This document shows positions 56,701 to 64,000 of a stretch of DNA of 64,000 bases, piece by piece. The stretch's first letter is position 1. Each line of letters opens with the position of its first letter. A program made the position numbers and the translations under genes. The stretch is from Eledone cirrhosa (Eukaryota): assembly GCA_964016885.1 (NCBI GenBank), contig OZ024740.1:28458001-28522000 (forward strand), read 5' to 3'. The notes below the pieces were generated by a model. It had not been told where the DNA came from. It did no database searches and saw nothing but the letters and a program-made list of their open reading frames with translations.

Positions 56701-59700
56701 CTGACTATATGTGATTTTCCTGAATATATGTGATTTTCTTGACAATATGTGATTTTCCTGAGTATATGTGATTTCCCTGAGTATATGTGATTTTCCTGGC
56801 GATATGTGATTTTCCTGAGTATATGTGATTTCCCTGAGTATATATGATTTAACTGAGCATATGTGATTTTCCTGAGTATATGTGATTTCATTGAGTATAT
56901 GTGATTTCCCTGACTATATGTGATGTTCCTGAGTATATGTGATCTTCCTGAGTATATGTGATTTTCCTGAGTATAGGCGATTTTCCTGAGTATATGTGAT
57001 TTTTCTGACTATATGTGATCTTCCTGAGTATATGTGATTTCCCTGAGTATATGTGATTTTCCTGAGTATATATGATTTTCCTGAGTATATGTGATTTTCC
57101 TGAGTATATGTGATTTCCCTGAATATATGTGATTTTCCAGAGTATATGTGATTTTTCTGTGTATATATGATTTTCCTGAGTATATGTGATGTTCCTGAGT
57201 ATATGTGATTTCCCTGAGTATATGTGATTTTCCTCAGTATATGTGATTTTCCTGACAATATGTGATTTTCCTGAGTATATGTGATTTTCCTGAGTATAGG
57301 TGATTTTCCTGAGTATATGTGATTTTGTTGAGTATATGTGATTTTCCTGAGTATATGTGATTTTACCTGAGTATATGTGATTTTCCTGACTATTTGTGAT
57401 TTTCCTGACTATGTGATTTTCTTGACTATATGTGATTTTCCTGAGTATATGTGATTTTCCTGACTATATGTGATTTTCCTGACTATATAAAATTTCCCTG
57501 AGTATATGTGATTTTCCTGAGTATATGTGATTTTCCTGACTATATGTGATTTTCCTGAGTATATGTGATTTCCCTGACTATATGTGATTTTCCTGAGTAT
57601 ATGTAATTTCCCTGAGTATATGTGATTTTCCTGAGTATATGTGATCTCCTGACTATATGTGATTTTCCTGAGTATATGTGATTTCCCTGACTATATGTGA
57701 TTTCCCTGAGTATATGTGATTTTCCTGAGTATATGTGATTTTCCTGAGTATATGTGATTTCCCTGACTATATGTGATTTTCATGATTATATGTGATCTTC
57801 CTGAGTATATGTGATTTTCCTGAGTATATGTGATTTCCCTGAGTATATGTGATTTTCCTGAGTATATGTGATTTTCATGACTATATGTGATTTTCCTGAG
57901 TATATGTGATTTTCCTGAGTATATGTGATTTTCTCGAGTATATGTGATTTTCCTGAGTATATGTAATTTCCCTGAGTATATGTGATTTTCCTGAGTATAT
58001 GTGATTTTCCTGACTATATGTGATTTTCCTGAGTATATGTGATTTCCCTGACTATATGTGATTTCCCGGAGTATATGTGATTTTCATGAGTATATGTGAT
58101 TTTCCTGAGTATATGTGATCTTCCTGAGTATATGTGATTTTCCTGAGTATATGTGATTTTCCTGAGTATATGTGATCTTCCTGAGTATATGTGATTTTCC
58201 TGAGTATATGTGATTTCCCTGAGTATATGTGATTTTCCTGAGTAAATGTGATTTTCCTGACTATATGTGATTTTCCTGAGTATATGTGATTTTCCTGACT
58301 ATATGTGATTTTCCTGAGTATACGTGATTTTCCTGACTATATGTGATTTTCCTGACAATATGTGATTTTAGTGAGTATGTGTGATTTCCCTGAGTATATG
58401 TGATTTTGCTGACTATTTGTGATTTTCCTGAGTATATGTGATTTTCCTAACTATATGTGATTTTCCTGAGTATATGTGATCTTCCTCAGTATATGTGATT
58501 TCCCGCAATATATGTGATTTTCCTGAGTATATGTGATTTCCCTGAGTATATGTGATTTTCCTGAGTATATGTGATTTTCCTGAGTATATGTGATTTCCCT
58601 GACTATATGTGATTTCCCTGACGATATGTGATTTTCCTAACTATATGTGATTCTCCTGACTATATGAGATTTTCCTGAGTATATGTGATTTTCCTGACTA
58701 TATGTAATTTTCCTGAGTATATGTGATTTACCTGACTAGAAGTGATTTTTCTGAGTATATGTGATTTCCCTGACTATATGTGATTTTCCTGAATATATGT
58801 GATTTTCTTGACAATATGTGATTTTCCTGAGTATATGTGATTTCCCTGAGTATATGTGATTTTCCTGGCTATATGTGATTTTCCTGAGTATATGTGATTT
58901 CCCTGAGTATATATGATTTAACTGAGTATATGTGATTTTCCTGAGTATATGTGATTTCTTTGCGTATATGTGATTTCCCTGACTATATGTGATGTTCCTG
59001 AGTATATGTGATCTTCCTGAGTATATGTGATTTTCCTGAGTATAGGCGATTTTCCTGAGTATATGTGATTTTTCTGATTATATGTGATCTTCCTGAGTAT
59101 ATGTGATTTCCCTGAGTATATGTGATTTTCCTGAGTATATATGATTTTCCTGAGTATATGTGATTTTCCTGAGTATATGTGATTTCCCTGAATATATGTG
59201 ATTTTCCAGAGTATATGTGATTTTCCTGAGTATATGTGATTTCCCTGAGTATATGTGATTTTCCTGAGTATATGTGATTTTCCTGAGTATATGTGATTTC
59301 CCTGACTATATGTAATTTCCCTGACGATATGTGATTTTCCTAACTATATGTGATTTTCCAGACTATATGAGATTTTTTGAGTATATGTGATTTTCCTGAC
59401 TATATGTAATTTTCCTGAGTATATGTGATTTACCTGACTAGAAGTGATTTTTCTGAGTATATGTGATTTCCCTGACTATATGTGATTTTCCTGAATATAT
59501 GTGATTTTCTTGACAATATGTGATTTTCCTGAGTATATGTGATTTTCCTGCGTATATGTGATTTTCCTGAGTATATGTGATTTCCCTGAGTATATATGAT
59601 TTAACTGAGTATATGTGATTTTCCTGAGTATATGTGATTTCTTTGAGTATATGTGATTTCCCTGACTATATGTGATTTTCCTGAGTATAGGCGATTTTCC

Positions 59701-62700
59701 TGAGTATATGTGATTTTTCTGACTATATGTGATCTTCCTGAGTATATGTGATTTCCCTGAGTATATGTGATTTTCCTGAGTATATATGATTTTCCTGAGT
59801 ATATGTGATTTTCCTGAGTATATGTGATTTCTCTGAATATATGTGATTTTCCAGAGTATATGTGATTTTTCTGTGTATATATGATTTTCCTGAGTATATG
59901 TGATTTTCCTGAGTATATGTGATTTCCCTGAGTATATGTGATTTTCCTCGGTATATGTGATTTTCCTGACAATATGTGATTTTCCTGAGTATATGTGATT
60001 TTCCTGAGTATATGTGATTTTCCTGAGTATATGTGATTTTCTTGAGTATATGTGATTTTCCTGAGTATATGTGATTTCCCTGAGTATATGTGAATTTCCT
60101 GACTATTTGTGATTTTCCTGACTACGTGATTTTCTTGACTATATGTGATTTTCCTGAGTATATGTGATTTTCCTGACTATATGTGATTTTCCTGAGTATA
60201 TAAAATTTCCCTGAGTATATGTGATTTTCCTGAGTATATGTGATTTTCCTGACTATATGTGATTTTCCTGAGTATATGTGATTTCCCTGACTATATGTGA
60301 TTTCCCGGAGTATATGTGATTTTCATGAGTATATGTGATTTTCCTGCGTATATGTGATCTTCCTGAATATATGTGATTTTCCTGAGTATATGTGATTTTC
60401 CTGAATATATGTGATCTTTCTGAGTATATGTGATTTCCCTGAGTATATGTGATTTTACTGACTATTTGTGATTTTCCTCAGTATATGTGATTTTCCTGAC
60501 TATATGTGATTTTCCTGAGTATATGTGATCTTCCTGAGTATATGTGATTTTCCTGAGTATAGGCGATTTTCCTGACTATATGTGATTTTGCTGACTATAT
60601 GTGATCTTCCTCAGTACATGTGATTTCCCGCAAAATATGTGATTTTCCTGAGTGTATGTGATTTTCCTGAGTATATGTGATCTCCCTGAATATATGTGAT
60701 TTTCCTGAGTATATGTGATTTTCCTGTGTATATATGATTTTCCTAAGTATATGTGATTTTCCTGAGTATATGTGATTTCCCTGAGTATATGTGATTTTCC
60801 TGAGTATATGTGATTTTCCTGACTATATGAGATTTTCCTGAGTATATGTGATTTTCCTGAGTATATGTGATTTCCCTGACTATATGTGATTTCCCTGACG
60901 ATATGTGATTTTCCTAACTATATGTGATTTTCCTGAATATATGAGATTTTCCTGAGTATATGTGATTTTCCTGACTATATGTAATTTTCCTGAGTATATG
61001 TGATTTACCTGACTAAAAGTGATTTTTCTGAGTATATGTGATTTCCCTGACTATATGTGATTTTCCTGAATATATGTGATTTTCTTGACAATATGTGATT
61101 TTCCTGAGTATATGTGATTTCCCTGAGTATATGTGATTTTCCTGGCTATATGTGATTTTCCTGAGTATATGTGATTTCCCTGAGTATATATGATTTAATT
61201 GAGTATATGTGATTTTCCTGAGTATATGTGATTTCTTTGAGTATATGTGATTTCCCTGACTATATGTGATGTTCCTGAGTATATGTGACATTCCTGAGTA
61301 TATGTGATTTTCCTGAGTATAGGCGATTTTCCTGAGTATATGTGATTTTTCTGACTATATGTGATCTTCCTGAGTATATGTGATTTCCCTGAGTATATGT
61401 GATTTTCCTGAGTATATATGATTTTCCTGAGTATATGTGATTTTCTTGAGTATATGTGATTTCCCTGAATATATGTGATTTTCCAGAATATATGTGATTT
61501 TCCTGAGTATATTTGATTTCCCTGAGTATATGTGATTTTCCTGAGTATATGTGATTTTCCTGAGTATATGTGATTTCCCTGAATATATGTGATTTCCCTG
61601 ACGATATGTGATTTTCCTAACTATATGTGATTTTCCTGACTATATGAGATTTTCCTGAGTATATGTGATTTTCCTGACTATATGTAATTTTCCTGAGTAT
61701 ATGGGATTTACCTGACTAGAAGTGATTTTTCTGAGTATATGTGATTTCCCTGACTATATGTGATTTTCCTGAATATATGTGATTTTCTTGACAATATGTG
61801 ATTTTCCTGAGTATATGTAATTTTCCTGAGTATATGTGATTTCCCTGAATATATGTGATTTTCCTGGCTATATGTGATTTTCCTGAGTATATGTGATTTT
61901 CCTGCGTATATGTGATTTTCCTGAGTATATGTGATTTTCCTGAGTATATGTGATTTTCTTGAGTATATGTGATTTTCCTGAGTATATGTGATTTCCCTGA
62001 GTATATGTGATTTTCCTGAGTATATATGATTTTCCTGAGTATATGTGATTTTCCTGAGTATATGTGATTTCCCTGAATATATGTGATTTTCCAGAGTATA
62101 TGTGATTTTTCTGTGTATATATGATTTTCTTGAGTATATGTGATTTTCCTGAGTATATGTGATTTCCCTGAGTATATGTGATTTTCCTCAGTATATGTGA
62201 TTTTCCTGACAATATGTGATTTTCCTGAGTATATGTGATTTTCCTGAGTATATGTGATTTTCTTGAGTATATGTGATTTTCCTGAGTATATGTGATTTCC
62301 CTGAGTATATGTGATTTTCCTGACTATTTGTGATTTTCCTGACTATGTGATTTTCTTGACTATATGTGATTTTCCTGAGTATATGTGATTTTCCTGACTA
62401 TATGTGATTTTCCTGAGTATATAAAATTTCCCTGAGTATATGTGATTTTCCTGAGTATATGTGATTTTCCTGACTATTTGTGATTTTCCTGAGTATATGT
62501 GATTTCCCTGACTATATGTGATTTCCCGGAGTATATGTGATTTTCATGAGTATATGTGATTTTCCTGAGTATATGTGATCTTCCTGAGTATATGTGATTT
62601 TCCTGAGTATATGTGATTTTCCTGAGTATATGTGATCTTCCTGAGTATATGTGATTTTCCTGAGTATATGTGATTTCCCTGAGTATATGTGATATTCCTG

Positions 62701-64000
62701 AGTATATGTGATTTTCCTGACTATATGTGATTTTCCTGAGTATATGTGATTTTCCTGACTATATGTGATTTTCCTGAGTATATGTGATTTTCCTGACTAT
62801 ATGTGATTTTCCTGACAATATGTGATTTTCCTGAGTATGTGTGATTTCCCTGAGTATATGTGATTTTCATGAGTATATGTGATATTCCTGAGTATATGTG
62901 ATTTTCCTGACTATATGTGATTTTCCTGAGTATATGTGATCTTCCTGAGTATATGTGATTTTCCTGAGTATATGCGATTTTCCTGAGTATATGTGATTTT
63001 CATGAGTATATGTGATTTATTTGAGTATATGTGATTTCTCTGACTATATGTGATTTTCCTGAGTATATGTGATTTCCCTGAGTATATGTGATTTCCCTGA
63101 GTATATGTTATTTTCCTGAGTATTTGATTTTCCTGACTATTTGTGATTTTCCTGACTATATGTGATTTTCCTGAGTATATGTGATCTTCCTGAGTATATG
63201 TGATTTTCCTGAGTATATGCGATATTCCTGAGTATATGTGATTTTCCTGACTATATGTGATCTTTCTGAGTATATGTGATTTCCCTGAGTATATGTGATT
63301 TTGCTGACTATTTGTGATTTTCCTGAGTATATGTGATTTTCCTGACTATATGTGATTTTCCTGAGTATATGTGATCTTCCTGAGTATATATGATTTTCCT
63401 GAGTATAGGCGATTTTCCTGAGTATATGTGATTTTGCTGACTATATGTGATCTTCCTCAGTACATGTGATTTCCCGCAATATATGTGATTTTCCTGTGTG
63501 TATGTGATTTTCCTGAGTATATGTGATCTCCCTGAATATATGTGATTTTCCTGAGTATATGTGATTTTCCTGTGTATATATGATTTTCCTAAGTATATGT
63601 GATTTTCCTGAGTATTTGTGATTTCCCTGAGTATATGTGATTTTCCTGAGTATATGTGATTTTCCTGAGTATATGTGATTTCCATGACTATATGTGATTT
63701 CCCTGACGATATGTGATTTTCCTGAGTATATGTGATTTTCCTGACTATATGTGATTGTCCTGAGTATATGTGATCTTCCTGAGTATATATGATTTTCCTG
63801 AGTATAGCCGATTTTCCTGAGTATATGTGATTTTGCTGACTATATGTGATCTTCCTCAGTACATGTGATTTCCCGCAATATATGTGATTTTCCTGAGTGT
63901 ATGTGATTTTCCTGAGTATATGTGATCTCCCTGAATATATGTGATTTTCCTGAGTATATGTGATTTTCCTGTGTATATATGATTTTCCTAAGTATATGTG
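41740..64000 (+). repeat. Large super-repeat: 41.74-50.88 kb matches 52.51-64.0 kb, with ~2.3 kb extra (55.95-58.29 kb) in the second copy
   Basis: Offset 10771 for ORFs 42657/53428 and 43303/54074 and for the 20-bp monomer at 43748/54519. Offset 13106 for TTTAGTGAGT at ~45261/58367 and ORFs 46495/59601. Offset 13123 for ORFs 47890/61013, 48745/61868 and 50185/63308. Confidence 0.85.

Larger units (their letters stand above)
1..64000 (+). repeat. 19-bp tandem satellite array, consensus GATTTTCCTGAGTATATGT, ~3,370 monomers, single orientation; runs off both window ends
   Basis: The monomer is visible in every line. Common variants are G12C (GAC for GAG), T6C (GATTTCCC), T4C (GATCTTCC) and C8A (TTTCATGA), with occasional 17-, 18- and 20-bp monomers. 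No unique sequence or reverse-complement block was seen. Confidence 0.99.

Noticed and set aside
940-63685. About 50 minus-strand ORFs of 61-232 aa as protein-coding genes
   Set aside because: They are translations of a 19-bp (non-triplet) repeat and overlap in several frames with the same peptide. Starts and stops come from sporadic monomer variants, and there are no unique domains or flanking gene signals.
1-64000. CRISPR array or other repeat-spacer system
   Set aside because: Monomers abut directly with no unique spacers, no leader, no palindromic repeat and no cas genes.
1-64000. Telomerase-made long telomeric repeat (yeast-like 8-26 bp units)
   Set aside because: There is no G-rich core that I recognise. 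Variants are inherited in kilobase duplicated blocks, which indicates recombinational amplification rather than templated addition. A subtelomeric location is not excluded.
1-64000. Transcription-factor site array (GGAAAA NFAT/Rel-like, AAATCAC Gfi1/Senseless-like, TATA-like)
   Set aside because: Short AT-rich motifs match by chance. The host is unknown and nothing in the sequence supports binding.
1-64000. Homology to mouse major satellite through the shared GAAAATCAC word
   Set aside because: Only a ~9-bp AT-rich word is shared. The monomer length and the rest of the sequence do not correspond.
1-64000. Sequencing or assembly artefact such as a concatemer or collapsed repeat
   Set aside because: Variants are reproducible, hierarchical and spatially graded, which fits a real evolved array. 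Individual large duplications still need read support.
1-64000. Embedded transposon, inversion or RNA gene
   Set aside because: I saw no non-satellite stretch and no reverse-orientation monomer (ACATATACTCAGGAAAATC) on the + strand while reading through.

Overview
The whole 64 kb window is one uninterrupted head-to-tail satellite array of a 19-bp monomer. The consensus is GATTTTCCTGAGTATATGT (about 32% GC, 9 of 19 bases T on the + strand), giving roughly 3,370 monomers. I saw no inversions, unique spacers, inserted elements, RNA genes or credible protein-coding genes. Every listed ORF is a by-product of the repeat: the minus-strand consensus has no stop in any frame and reads (TYTQENHIYSGKSHILRKI)n. 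The informative structure is the order of variant monomers. They form recurring cassettes and nested in-register duplications of 38, 399, 416, 551, 1423, 1745 and 2027 bp. There is also an ~8.3-8.4 kb tandem super-repeat on the left and a ~10.8/13.1 kb super-repeat on the right. Diagnostic variants turn over from left to right, and I found one apparent ~50-bp gene-conversion patch. This looks like eukaryotic heterochromatic (centromeric, pericentromeric or subtelomeric) satellite DNA, but I cannot identify the organism or a named family from the sequence. All offsets were measured by eye from marker variants and the ORF track, so block edges are approximate.
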